Below are positions 47,919-57,906 of a DNA stretch of 64,000 nt, one piece after another. Each line of letters begins with the position of its first letter. Within the stretch, counting starts at the first letter, position 1. This DNA is from an uncultured Gemmatimonadales bacterium (lineage in GTDB: Bacteria; Gemmatimonadota; Gemmatimonadetes; Gemmatimonadales; GWC2-71-9), in NCBI GenBank assembly GCA_963825055.1, contig CAWGSK010000012.1:256001-320000 (forward strand). The letters are read 5' to 3'. Below the pieces are notes generated by a model. The model was given only the letters and a program-made list of their open reading frames with translations. It made no database searches and was not told where the DNA came from. The translations under genes were made by a program, and so were the position numbers.

Positions 47919-49111
47919 TCGAGTTCAGCCGGCCGCTCCAGGCCCTCCCGGGCTATCCGTTCGCGCACCTGCCCGCCGTCAAGCGGGCGCTGATCGAGCA
48001 GGGGCGGGATATCATCGACCTCGGCGCCGGCGACGCGGACTATCCGCCGCCGGTGGAGGCGGTCCGGGCAATGCAGGAGGCCGTGGCCGACCCCGCGCTC
48101 AGCAAGTACGGGTTCCAGCAGGGCCTGCCGGCCTTCCGGAGGGCGGCCGCCGACTGGATGGAGCGGCGGTTCGGGCAGCGTTTCGCCTGGGACACCGAGG
48201 TGCTGCCGCTCATCGGCAGCAAGGAAGGCATCGCCCACCTCCCGTTTACGGTCATCAATCCCGGCGACGTCGCCATCGTACCCGAGCCGGGATACCAGGC
48301 CTACCTCGGCGGAACGCTCCTGTCGGGCGGCGTGCCTTACGTCTATCCCCTCACGCCGCGCACCGGGTTCCTGCTCGAGATGGACGAGATTCCGGAGGAG
48401 ACGCTGCAACGCGCCCGGATCGTCTTCCTCAACTATCCGAACAACCCGACCTCCGCGCTGGCCCCGCGGGACTACCTCGAACGCACGGTCGCCACCTGCC
48501 GCCGGTACGACATCCTGCTGGCCTACGACAACGCCTACTGCGAACTGGCGTACGACGGCGAGGTGCCGCCCAGCGTATTCGAGATCCCCGGCGCGCGCGA
48601 CGTTGCCGTGGAGTTCTTCTCCCTCTCCAAGAGCTTCAGCATGACGGGGTGGCGGCTGGGATGGGCGGCCGGCCGTGCCGAGTTGATCGGCGCCCTGAAC
48701 CGGGTGAAGACATACGTGGACACGGGGCCGTTCCTGGCGGTGCAGGCGGCCGGCGCGGCCGTTCTTGCCCGGGCGGAGAGCCTGGTCACCCCGATCCGGG
48801 CGGAACTCCAGCGCCGGCGGGATGCCGGCGTGGCGGCGCTCCGGTCGGCCGGCTTCACCGTGGACGACCCCGGCGGAGCGATGTACTTGTGGGTGCCCCT
48901 GCCGGAGGGCATGGCTTCGGCGGACTTCGCGGAACGGGCACTGCAGGCTGAGGGCGTCCTGATCCTGCCCGGGAGCGCGTTCGGCCCGGCGGGAGAGGGC
49001 TTCTTCCGCATCGCGCTCACGGTCGGTCCCGAGCGGCTCGAGGAAAGCGTCCGGCGCCTGACCCGGGCCCGGGACGCCCTCCAGGGAAGGCCGGTTGCGG
49101 CGTCTCCCTGA
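47915..49111 (+). CDS. Class I/II PLP aminotransferase (LL-diaminopimelate aminotransferase-like)
   Basis: LP.YPF, DLG.GD.D, LIGSKEGIAH, LNYPNNPT, D.AY, SLSKSFSMTGWR.G, GEGFFRIAL. Confidence 0.85.
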   Translation: MIEFSRPLQALPGYPFAHLPAVKRALIEQGRDIIDLGAGDADYPPPVEAVRAMQEAVADPALSKYGFQQGLPAFRRAAADWMERRFGQRFAWDTEVLPLIGSKEGIAHLPFTVINPGDVAIVPEPGYQAYLGGTLLSGGVPYVYPLTPRTGFLLEMDEIPEETLQRARIVFLNYPNNPTSALAPRDYLERTVATCRRYDILLAYDNAYCELAYDGEVPPSVFEIPGARDVAVEFFSLSKSFSMTGWRLGWAAGRAELIGALNRVKTYVDTGPFLAVQAAGAAVLARAESLVTPIRAELQRRRDAGVAALRSAGFTVDDPGGAMYLWVPLPEGMASADFAERALQAEGVLILPGSAFGPAGEGFFRIALTVGPERLEESVRRLTRARDALQGRPVAASP

Positions 49112-49958
49112 TCTCGACCTGCGGGGGCGTCGCCGCCTGCCCTGGCCCGCACTGCTGGTCAGCCTTGTGGTGCACGCCATCCTGCTGCTGTCGCTGAAAA
49201 TCAACGGACACTGGCCGGAGCCGCTTCCGCTGGACCATGTCATCGTCCTCGCTCCGCCCGGGCCTTCAGTGCCTGCCGTCGAGATGCGATACGCGCCCCG
49301 TCGCGGCGCTGCGCCGGCGCTGCCGTCCCCACGGCCGGAACGGACGGCCACCGCACCAGTGGAACGACCCGCGGCCCCGCCCGCGGCAGGCCCGGCGGCG
49401 GCGATACCGGCTGTTGGTGGCGCGGCGCCGTCTGATACCATCGATCCGGCCAGCCCGGCCTTCGGCCAGGTTGGGCCGGCGTATGCCAGCGGGAACCTGT
49501 GGGTGCGCGCGCTGCCGCTGGCCCCGAAGGAACTGGCCAGCCGGCTGGACAAGAGCCACGCCGAGTTGATGGACAGCGCCGTCACGGCCATCGTCCAGGC
49601 CTTCCTCGATTCCATCGCGAACAGCCGTGAAGGGCGCGAGGCCCAGCTGCCCAGCTGGACAACGAAGGTTGCGGGAAAGACATTCGGCATCGACAGCCGC
49701 TACATTCACATCGCGGGACTGCGCATCCCCGCCGCGGTGCTGGCGTTGCTGCCGCTGCCGGCGGGCGGGAACCAGCAGAACGCACTCCAGCATGGCATGG
49801 ACCTGCGCCGCGACCTCATGCAGGCCGCCCAGCGGGCGAGCAACACCGCCGAGTTCAAGGAGCAGATCAGGGAAATTCGCGAGCGCCGTGAACGTGAGCG
49901 CGAATTCGAGAAGGCGCAACACGAAGCGCCGCCACCGGAGAATCCACCGATACCATGA
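49095..49958 (+). CDS. Hypothetical protein, N-terminal TM plus Pro/Ala-rich linker
   Basis: LLVSLVVHAILL (TonB-like SxxxH helix), Pro-rich spacer, charged C-terminal helix; coupled to neighbours. Confidence 0.6.
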   Translation: MRRLPDLDLRGRRRLPWPALLVSLVVHAILLLSLKINGHWPEPLPLDHVIVLAPPGPSVPAVEMRYAPRRGAAPALPSPRPERTATAPVERPAAPPAAGPAAAIPAVGGAAPSDTIDPASPAFGQVGPAYASGNLWVRALPLAPKELASRLDKSHAELMDSAVTAIVQAFLDSIANSREGREAQLPSWTTKVAGKTFGIDSRYIHIAGLRIPAAVLALLPLPAGGNQQNALQHGMDLRRDLMQAAQRASNTAEFKEQIREIRERREREREFEKAQHEAPPPENPPIP

Positions 49959-50398
49959 AACTGGTCGATACCGAAGAAACCATCATCCTCGTCACCGGCA
50001 GCGACATTCGCGCCGAGGAGCGCGACCGTCCGCTCGCCTACGGCCTCAAGGCCGAGATTGATCGCCGCGGGGCAGGCCATAGTTTCCGGCGCGCCGTGGT
50101 GGTGGGGGATGCATGGTACCTGGACAATCGGCTCTTCCACCTGAACCCCACCGTGGCCATCGGGGGCCCCGGCGTCAACGCCCTCGCGGCCGAGCTGGCC
50201 GGGGAACTTCCGACAGTCTGGAGTCAGGAGGAGCGGGTCTTCGTCCAGGCGGACTTCGAAAGCGAGTTGAAGCGGGCCTGCCTGTGGGGCGCGGACCGGC
50301 AGGCGACCTCGGACGCAGTGGACGCGTTCGTGCTCCAGGGAGTGCTTGACGAGCTCCTGGAGAAGATCTGGCGGTTTCGCACGGAAGTGTACGTGTAA
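49955..50398 (+). CDS. Hypothetical protein
   Basis: 147 aa, ATGA overlap, typical GC3 pattern; AIGGPGVN motif. Confidence 0.7.
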   Translation: MKLVDTEETIILVTGSDIRAEERDRPLAYGLKAEIDRRGAGHSFRRAVVVGDAWYLDNRLFHLNPTVAIGGPGVNALAAELAGELPTVWSQEERVFVQADFESELKRACLWGADRQATSDAVDAFVLQGVLDELLEKIWRFRTEVYV

Positions 50399-50490
50399 TG
50401 GAGATGGAGAAGCGGGAGCAGGGAAGAGAGAACAGGGGCGTGCTCCCGGGCCGGCCGCCTGTCCGCTTTGCCCGGTTCCCGCTTCCCATC
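50399..50490. repeat. Degenerate heptamer arrays (GGGAGCA/GGGAAGA ... TTCCCRY)
   Basis: tggaga tggagaag cgggagc agggaag agagaac agggg right after TAA; ttcccgc ttcccat at 50476-50489. Confidence 0.5.
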
Positions 50491-51129
50491 CTCCTTCTGA
50501 CCAGCGCCCTCGCCGGCTGCCGGGCTGATATCGGCCCGGGAACCCCCGGGATGGCTTCACTCGTGGTCACACCGGTCACGCCCGCCGGCGCGCTGGCGCC
50601 GACGCTGGTCCTGGAGGGCGTTCGGGTGGTGGTCAGCCATCCCGGCGCTGATACTCTCCGCGACTTCGTGGTGCCGATGGCGGTGGACCAGGATAGTCTC
50701 GTGGTCCGGGTCCCGCTGCTCCTGCCGGCCGAGGGCGACTCGCTCGCGGTCGGCCTCACGTACCTGGGTGCCGCGTCGGTCGCGCTCTTCACCGGCCAGC
50801 GGAGCGGTTTCTTCCTGCCCGGCGCCGCGACCCCGCTCCAGATCCCGCTCGTGTACGTCGGCCCGGGTGTGGCCACCACCACGCTTCAGCTCCTGCCTTC
50901 CGACACCAGCGTCACCGTCGGGAGCATCGTGACCTACACGGTCACGGCTGCCGACGGCCAGGGACTTCCCGTGCCCGACGTCTACGTGACGTGGAGCGTG
51001 ACCGACCCGTCGGTGGCGATCAGCGCGCTCGGTATTCTCGTGGCGCCCCTCGTCCCGACTCAGCTGCAGGTGACCGCCGTGACGCCGACCGGCGTTCGGG
51101 GCACGGCCAACCTGGTGGTGACACCCTAG
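50440..51129 (+). CDS. Hypothetical lipoprotein with C-terminal Ig-like (Big_2-like) domain; start uncertain
   Basis: LAGC lipobox; L.PSDTSV.VG..V.Y.V...D..G..V....VTWS..DPSVAIS..G.L.A. Confidence 0.65.
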   Translation: MLPGRPPVRFARFPLPILLLTSALAGCRADIGPGTPGMASLVVTPVTPAGALAPTLVLEGVRVVVSHPGADTLRDFVVPMAVDQDSLVVRVPLLLPAEGDSLAVGLTYLGAASVALFTGQRSGFFLPGAATPLQIPLVYVGPGVATTTLQLLPSDTSVTVGSIVTYTVTAADGQGLPVPDVYVTWSVTDPSVAISALGILVAPLVPTQLQVTAVTPTGVRGTANLVVTP

Positions 51130-51135
51130 CGCCGC

Positions 51136-52356
51136 TCACGGTGTGGCCGGCGGCTGGATCGTCCCGTCGGGCGCGAACCGCGCGGCCGATGGCCCGAAGT
51201 CTTCCTCCGACAACAGGCGCATCACCTGGACGGCCCGTCCCGAGGGATCGGGTTGGGGCCCCAGGCGTGGCGGCTGCCGCAGGGGAACGGCGCGGGCGTG
51301 GAGAAGGGTTCCGTCTCCCGCAAACTCGAGCTGCAGGATGGTCGTGAGGCCATTGGGACCCTGGAGGTTGAAGCCGCGGTACGTGAGGAAGTTGCCCAGC
51401 GAGTAGGCGATGAGCCGCCCGCGGTAGAACTCCATCCCCCGCAGGACATGCGGCCCGTGTCCCACCACGGCGTCGGCCCCGGCATCCACTACGGCGCGCG
51501 CCCAGGCTCGCAGGTGGCCGCGCGCCTCCCGCCCCAGGTACTCCATGCTGTCCGGCGTGTGCTGGGCGATGCTGCCCTCGCTGCCGCCGTGGAACGTGAC
51601 GATGAGGACATCCACATCCCGCCGGACCGAGTCGACGATCCGGGCGCTCTCCTCCGGGTCCAGCAGGTTGGGCGCGCTGGGATAGGTGGCGAACCCGACC
51701 ACGCCCACCACCGTCAGGCTGTCGCCCCGCTGGACCGTATCCACCACCACACGCCCGCCCGGGCCGTAGGTCCCCATCCCAAGGCGCCGGAACTCCTCCT
51801 CCGTGCCCAGCCGTCCCGCCAGGCCGTAGTCGTGCGCGTGGTTGTTCGCGAGATTCAGGTGGGTAAAGCCGGCGTCGGACAGGCGGGCGCCGAGATAGGT
51901 CGGGGTGAGGAAGACGTAGCACGTCCGCTGCACGGGAGGCCGGCGTCGCGGCCGGGTCCGGGTGGTGTCGACCTCCGGGCACTTTTCCGTGGTCCCGGTG
52001 TCGGCCAGGGTGCCCTCGAAGTTGCCGATGACGAGGTCGCCGGTGAGCATGCTGTCCACCGCCTCGAGCAGCCGGCGGCCGCTGTCCGGCGGCAGGCCGT
52101 CCGGCAGGGTGCTGGTGCCGAGGTTGATGTCGCCGGTCATGGCGAGGCGCACGGGGAGCGCGGCCCGCACCGGTCGGGGTGCCGGCACGGGCTGGGTGTC
52201 GGCGGCGATGGTGTCGGGTGCCACCGGCGCCAGGGTGTCCGACGCGGCTGCCGGAGGAGGCTCCGGGGTTGGAGCGGGAGCGGGAACGGCGGTCCCGCGG
52301 CTGCAGCCCGCCAGCAGCGCCGCCAGCGCCAGCAGTCGTACGGGTGAGCCGCTCAT
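51136..52356 (-). CDS. CapA (PGA_cap) family metallophosphoesterase-fold lipoprotein
   Basis: LAGC lipobox; GDINLG, GNFEG, LANNH..DYG, FHGG.E, GAD.VVGHGPHVLRG, YSLGNF. Confidence 0.9.
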   Translation of the reverse strand: MSGSPVRLLALAALLAGCSRGTAVPAPAPTPEPPPAAASDTLAPVAPDTIAADTQPVPAPRPVRAALPVRLAMTGDINLGTSTLPDGLPPDSGRRLLEAVDSMLTGDLVIGNFEGTLADTGTTEKCPEVDTTRTRPRRRPPVQRTCYVFLTPTYLGARLSDAGFTHLNLANNHAHDYGLAGRLGTEEEFRRLGMGTYGPGGRVVVDTVQRGDSLTVVGVVGFATYPSAPNLLDPEESARIVDSVRRDVDVLIVTFHGGSEGSIAQHTPDSMEYLGREARGHLRAWARAVVDAGADAVVGHGPHVLRGMEFYRGRLIAYSLGNFLTYRGFNLQGPNGLTTILQLEFAGDGTLLHARAVPLRQPPRLGPQPDPSGRAVQVMRLLSEEDFGPSAARFAPDGTIQPPATP

Positions 52357-53798
52357 CCTGCGGTGTGTGACCCGGCGGCAATCGTGGCGTCGAGCTTGGC
52401 CAGGCTCGCCTCCCGACCCATGACGGCGAGGAGCTCGTTCACCGGCTCGGACACGGTCGATCCCGTCAGCGCGATGCGGACTGGCTGCATAACGTCGCCC
52501 AGCTTCAGTCCATCCCGCTCGGCGAGGGCGGTGATGGCGGCGAGCGTCCCGTCAGTGGTCCAGGCCTCCGCGGGCACTTCGTGGAGCGCAGCGGTGACGG
52601 CCTCGAGCCGTGCCGGGAAGGCGCCTTCCTGCTTCCGAACGTACTTCCGGGCCTTGTCGTCCAGCGCCTCCGGAGTCCGCCGGAGCCTCACCGCGACCTG
52701 CCCGGCAATCTGCGTAATGGTGCGGGACCGTGCCTTCACCGAGTCGACCAACGGGGTGAGGTCACCGCGGGCCTCGACACCCAGTTCCTTGAGCGCCTCC
52801 CTGACCGGATCGAGCAGGTCGGCACCGGGAAGGTGCGACAGGTACTGGCCGTTCATCCATTCGAGCTTCGCGACGTCGAACACCGCCGGCTTCTTCTGGA
52901 TTCCGTCAAGCGAGAACCGCGCGATCATCTCTCCCTCGGGAAGGATCTCGAGGTCTTCCCCCGGTGACCAGCCGAGGAGCGCCAGGAAATTCCGCATGGC
53001 GAGGGGCAGGATGCCCTGGCCGCGATAGTCTCCTACTGCCGTCGCGCCGTGGCGCTTGCTCAGTTTCTTGCCGTCGGGTCCCAGAATCATCGGGACGTGC
53101 GCGAACACCGGCGGGGTCCGGCCAAGGGCGCGATAGAGGGCCACCTGTTTCGGGGTGTTGGAGATGTGGTCGTCGCCGCGTATCACATGGGTGATTTCCA
53201 TGGCGATGTCGTCCGAGACGACCGCGAGATTGTAGATGGGCGTCCCGTCGCTCCGGAGGATCACCAGGTCGTCCAGGTCGGTTCCCTGGAAGCTGATCCG
53301 GCCGTGGACCGCATCTTCCCACGCGATCTCGCCGTCCGGCATCAGGAACCGGACCACGGCCTGCTCACCCGCGGCCAGCCGACGCTCCACTTCCTCCGCC
53401 GGTAACCGGTGGCAACGCCGGTCGTACCGGAACGCGCTGTGCGCCGCCCCGGCTGTCGCCCGCTGGTGGTCCAGCTCCTCACGGGAACAGAAGCAGCGAT
53501 ACGCCTGTCCAGCCGCGAGCAGCCGCTCCGCGTCGGCCCGGTGGCGATCGGTGTACTCCCCCTGGAAGAAGGGGCCCTCGTCGATCGGAATCCCGAGCCA
53601 GGCGAGACCCTCGAGAATCACCCGGGTGTGCGCCTCGGTGCTGCGCTCGCGATCGGTGTCCTCGATCCGGAGGATCATCGTGCCGCCGGTGTGGCGCGCG
53701 AAAAGCCAGTTGAACAGGGCCGTCCTGGCCCCGCCGACATGGAGGTAGCCGGTGGGGGAGGGAGCAAAGCGGACTCTGGGGTTCGCAGGTGCGGTCAT
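52353..53798 (-). CDS. gltX: Glutamate--tRNA ligase
   Basis: RVRFAPSPTGYLHVGG, LRIEDTD, ITHVIRGDDH, KLSKR, RIALTG. Confidence 0.97.
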   Translation of the reverse strand: MTAPANPRVRFAPSPTGYLHVGGARTALFNWLFARHTGGTMILRIEDTDRERSTEAHTRVILEGLAWLGIPIDEGPFFQGEYTDRHRADAERLLAAGQAYRCFCSREELDHQRATAGAAHSAFRYDRRCHRLPAEEVERRLAAGEQAVVRFLMPDGEIAWEDAVHGRISFQGTDLDDLVILRSDGTPIYNLAVVSDDIAMEITHVIRGDDHISNTPKQVALYRALGRTPPVFAHVPMILGPDGKKLSKRHGATAVGDYRGQGILPLAMRNFLALLGWSPGEDLEILPEGEMIARFSLDGIQKKPAVFDVAKLEWMNGQYLSHLPGADLLDPVREALKELGVEARGDLTPLVDSVKARSRTITQIAGQVAVRLRRTPEALDDKARKYVRKQEGAFPARLEAVTAALHEVPAEAWTTDGTLAAITALAERDGLKLGDVMQPVRIALTGSTVSEPVNELLAVMGREASLAKLDATIAAGSHTAG

Positions 53799-53915
53799 CG
53801 GGTCACCGGATGGGTCGTGGATCGGTCCCGCCTGGCGTGCCGGGCGGTTGGGCGGGGAAGGTATCGGAGGTGCAAAGGGGCGCGCAACCGGCCCCACATG
53901 GGGTTTGAGCACCTC

Positions 53916-53931
53916 CGGCACTGTTCCTGCA
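53916..53931 (+). promoter_or_regulatory. Putative sigma54 (-24/-12) promoter for the pilin cluster
   Basis: CGGCAC-TGTTC-CTGCA, GG-N10-GC spacing, ~200 nt upstream of the first pilin. Confidence 0.4.
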
Positions 53932-54126
53932 TCGAATCACATCAGCGACGGCCGAATGGCCGAATGCCACATGAGGTTGGAGCGGCCGCCAGCGATTGTT
54001 CGCCGCTTAATGCCATGAACAGCGCGATTTCAACTTGCAGGGTGCCGTGTGTCTAATCTCTGTACTATCGAATTTTGGGACACCTCATCGGACGGGTGTT
54101 CCCGACCTGTTCTCCGGGAGCGCCGC

Positions 54127-54597
54127 ATGATCGGAGTCCCACGCGATTCTCATCGGGCCGGCTTCAGCCTGATCGAGATGCTGATTGTCATCGTGGTCGT
54201 TGGCCTGATCACGCTGAGCGGGTGGCCCAGGCTGCGCGACGCGAAGATCCGCAGCGATGTCAGAAGTGCCCGCGGGCAGGTGATCGGCCTCTATGCCAAG
54301 GCCCGGGCCTCGGCGGTGGAAACCGGCCGGCAGACGACCCTCCGGTTTTCCGGCACCAGCGCCTGGATCACGGCGACCCCCCGTCTCACCGCGCTGGCCG
54401 GCAGCACCATCGACACGCTGGGCGGGGTCAGCAACCTCTTCACGACCTACGGTGTCGGCGTGGCCGCCGCGCCCTCCACCACGGTGACGGTGGACGCGCG
54501 CGGCATCGGCACGTCCGCCACGACCACGATCCGGCTCACTCGGGCCGGGATCACGGATTCGATCCAGATTTCCGCCTATGGCAAGGTGCAGAAATGA
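54127..54597 (+). CDS. Type IV minor pilin, FimT/GspH-like
   Basis: Prepilin site G|FSLIEMLIV; AR..AV. Confidence 0.8.
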   Translation: MIGVPRDSHRAGFSLIEMLIVIVVVGLITLSGWPRLRDAKIRSDVRSARGQVIGLYAKARASAVETGRQTTLRFSGTSAWITATPRLTALAGSTIDTLGGVSNLFTTYGVGVAAAPSTTVTVDARGIGTSATTTIRLTRAGITDSIQISAYGKVQK

Positions 54598-54962
54598 CCA
54601 GGTCTGATGCTGGTTTCACGCTGGTCGAGGTCCTGATTGCCATCATCGTCCTGTCGGTTGGGGCGCTGGCGATGGCCGGGACCAGCGCGGCCGCAATCCG
54701 CATGGTAGGCCAGGGCAAGCGCAGTACCCAGGTGGCCCAGCTCGCCGTCTCCCGCCTTGAAACGCTGCGGCGGATCAGCCGGTCGACCTCTCCGGCCTGT
54801 AACGCGCTCACCAGCGGCAACGCCAACGCGGCATTCGGCATGACCGAGACGTGGACCGTCTCCGGGGCCGGCACTACGCGCTCGGTCCAGATCCTCGTGC
54901 GGCATGCGGAACAGCGTGGCCTCCAGGTGGACACCGTGCAGGCCGTCCTGGGGTGCAAATGA
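54594..54962 (+). CDS. Type IV minor pilin, PilV-like
   Basis: G|FTLVEVLIA..VLSVG.LA; ATGA coupling. Confidence 0.8.
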   Translation: MTRSDAGFTLVEVLIAIIVLSVGALAMAGTSAAAIRMVGQGKRSTQVAQLAVSRLETLRRISRSTSPACNALTSGNANAAFGMTETWTVSGAGTTRSVQILVRHAEQRGLQVDTVQAVLGCK

Positions 54963-55820
54963 GCGCCGGGCGGAAGGGCTTCACGCTGATCGAGCTGATG
55001 GTCGCGCTCGTGATCCTGTCCATCGTGGGCACCGCGGCGTTTCGCACCCTGAGCCAGCAGCGACGGGTCTCCGATGCCCAGACCGAACAGACGTTCCTGC
55101 AGTCCGGGCATCCGCCTGGGCAGCCTGATCACCATGAGCGAGATGCAGAACGTCGCGGTGAGCGGCACCGGCGCCTCGGACCTCATCGCCCTGTCCGATA
55201 CGGCCGTAACCTACCGTGCCATGCGGACGGTGAGTGCAGCCTGTCAGGTAACCAAGAACGAGGTCCGGATCCGCGCCGACCTGGCGTTCGGTCCCCGCGC
55301 GATCGTACCCGGCCAGGACAGCATGTTCCTGTTCGTCGAGCGCGATCCCGCTATTGCCAGCGATGACATCTGGATCCCCCTGCGCATCACCGGTGTCACG
55401 AACGGAAGCACGTGCGGCGCCCGTCCGGCGATCGCCCTGGCGACAGATATCGACACCACGCTCGCGACGGGGACGCCGCTCAGCCAGATCGTCCTGGATG
55501 CGCCGGTCCGCACGTTCGAGGTGATGGAGCTGCTCATGTTCAGCCAGGGGGGCCAGAACTGGCTGGGCCTGCATTCGCTGTCCATCCCCGGCGGACAGGC
55601 GCCCCAGGCCGTGGTGGGGCCGCTCGCCCCCGGCGGGCTCACTCTCACGTACCTCACGTCGGCAGGCGCCGTGACGCTGACGCCGTCAGCCGTCCGCAGT
55701 ATGCGGGTCACCCTCCGGGGGATGAGTGACCGGGCGGTGCACACCGGCAAGACCACCACCCAGGTCGCCGCCCTGCAGGACAGCCTGACGACCGTCGTCC
55801 AGCTCCGGAATTCACCATGA
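54959..55820 (+). pseudogene. PilW-like minor pilin with +1 frameshift at 55106-55108 (pseudogene or sequence error)
   Basis: G|FTLIELMVAL start; removing one G from TCC-GGG-CAT joins it to GIRLGSL...VQLRNSP*. Confidence 0.75.
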
Positions 55821-55846
55821 CCCACCCCGTGCAGGAGATGTTCCAT

Positions 55847-56982
55847 ATGGAAGTGCGCAACGAACGCGGCATCGCGCTGCCGATCGTCATCTTCACAATG
55901 GTGATCATCGGGGCCATCGTCGCCGGCACCTTCTTCCTGGCGCGCCAGGAAGCCCGGACGGGTGACAACACCATTGCATCCGCGACCGCCTCGGAGGCGG
56001 CCGAGGCCGGCATCGCCCAGGTGATCGCCAACTGGTCGCCTTCCGCCTACAACGGGATCGCGGTGGGCGACAGCCTCGTCCTGACGACCACCTCGCTTGG
56101 CGGGAACGCGTCATACACGCCGACGCTTTCGCGCCTGAGCCCCCAGATCTTCCTGGTCCGGGCGGTGGGACGTTACCAGGCCAACGGCGTGCCGCCGCGC
56201 AGCCAGCGGCAGGTCGGCATGCTGGCCCGCCTGGACATCCCGGCGGTGAACATGACTTCGGCCATCACCGTCCGCACCGGTATTACGATCAGCGGCAGCT
56301 CGGAGGTCAGCGGGCGGGACTCGGTGCCGGCCGCCTGGGGAGCCAGCTGCCCGCCGGCCGGCCCGATGATGCCGGGGATTCGGGATTCCAGCGGGAACGT
56401 CAACACCTCCGGTGCGTGCAGTGGCGCCTCCTGCATTACCGGCAATCCCCAGATCCTGGTCGATCCCACGATTACGAGCGCCGCCTTCACCCAGTTCGGC
56501 AGCGTCACGTTCGCGCAGCTCGCTGCCTCCGCGAACAAGACCGTCAGCGGCACCATGAACAGCATCGCGCCGACGACCACCGGCTACGCCGGCGGCCTGC
56601 CAGCGGAGCAATATCATCAACTGGGGTGACCCGCATAGCGCGACGGGTGCCTGCTTCGACTACTTCCCGATCATCTACGCGCCCGGAGACCTGCGACTGA
56701 CCGGCGGATACGGGCAGGGCATCCTGCTGATCGCCGGGGACCTGGACCTTGCCGGCGGGTTCGAGTTCTACGGCCCGGTGATCGTCCAGGGGACGGTGCG
56801 CAGTACCGGTACGGGCGGCCACATCTTCGGGGGCCTGATGGCGGGAGCGGCCAACCTGGGCACGACGCTCATCAGCGGTAACTCGGTGGTGGACTACTCA
56901 TCCTGCTCCATCAATCGTGCCCTTCAGGGGGCCTCCGCTGGTTACCCCGCTCGGTGAGCGTCGCTGGTCACAGCTGTACTAG
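55847..56982 (+). pseudogene. PilX-like minor pilin with two apparent +1 frameshifts (~56585, ~56940)
   Basis: G|IALP start, A.EAAEAG; after shift NWGDP..C..YFPIIY..GDL..GQGILLI.GDL...FYG.VIV.G; second shift gives VTPLGERRWSQLY*. Confidence 0.72.
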
Positions 56983-56997
56983 GGGAACGCCAATGCA

Positions 56998-57038
56998 ACG
57001 AGGGGCCGGGACCGCACGCGCGGTTCCGGCCCCTCGTC
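56998..57038. terminator. Long GC hairpin between the convergent pilX-like gene and tRNA-Ser (probable terminator)
   Basis: acgaggggccgggaccgc-acgc-gcggttccggcccctcgt, ~18-bp stem; weak U-tracts. Confidence 0.6.
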
Positions 57039-57049
57039 ATTTCCGGCCA

Positions 57050-57139
<90 letters not shown>

Positions 57140-57278
57140 CAGCGGCGCTAACGCTAATCACCGAGGGCACGAGGGGCAATGCCGTTCCCCCCGGAGGGGG
57201 TGACCCTTCCGCCCTCCATATGCACCCGGCCATATTGCAGGCGTCCCGCTGCGGTCCCGTGATTGCTCCGGAGGTCCT

Positions 57279-57906
57279 GTGCCGCGCCCCCTGCTTGTCT
57301 GCCTGGCTGCCCTTGCCTGTGCCGGTTCCGAATCATCCGCACCGACGTCGGCCCCGGAAGGGCGGTTCCTGCCGGTGTCCGGTGTTGTCCGTGATTCCAT
57401 CCTGGGCGAGCCGGTGGCGGGCGTCCGCGTTTATTGCCGGGGACTCCAGTTCTGTCACCGGTGTGGACGGGGCGTTTTCCCTCACGCTGGCGCAGGGCAG
57501 GCGGACGATTCAGGCCGCGCCCTTTGCCTTCGAACCCCTGCAATTGCCGATCGACCTCAATACCCCCCGGACCTTCGTCCTGCTGCTCCGGCGTGAAGCG
57601 CCAGCCGTCATCGCGTGCGTCGCTACTCCGGCGGGTCTGGCGGCCTGGGTGCTGGACCTGCAGGGCCGGAAGACAGTCGACCGCCGCTTCGCCACGTCGG
57701 TGGACATCGAGTCTCCGGGGGGGAACCGTCATCTCCTCGGCCATGAGCTCGGCTGGTACCCACTGTCCGACCTGATGTGGCGGGTGGACCTGCCCGGCAC
57801 AGGCCTCGACCGGGCCGATGTGATCTGGCATCTGGCAGATGGCGATGGCTTCCGCAGCGCACGCCGGTGCAGCGATGCCCCGGCCCAGGCTCCACCCTCC
57901 TTCTGA
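57279..57906 (+). pseudogene. Lipoprotein with carboxypeptidase-regulatory-like domain, +1 frameshift at 57430-57432
   Basis: GGAGG + GTG, ALAC lipobox, VSGVVRDS..GEPVAGVRV; removing one T continues IAGDSSSVTGVDGAFSL. Confidence 0.68.
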
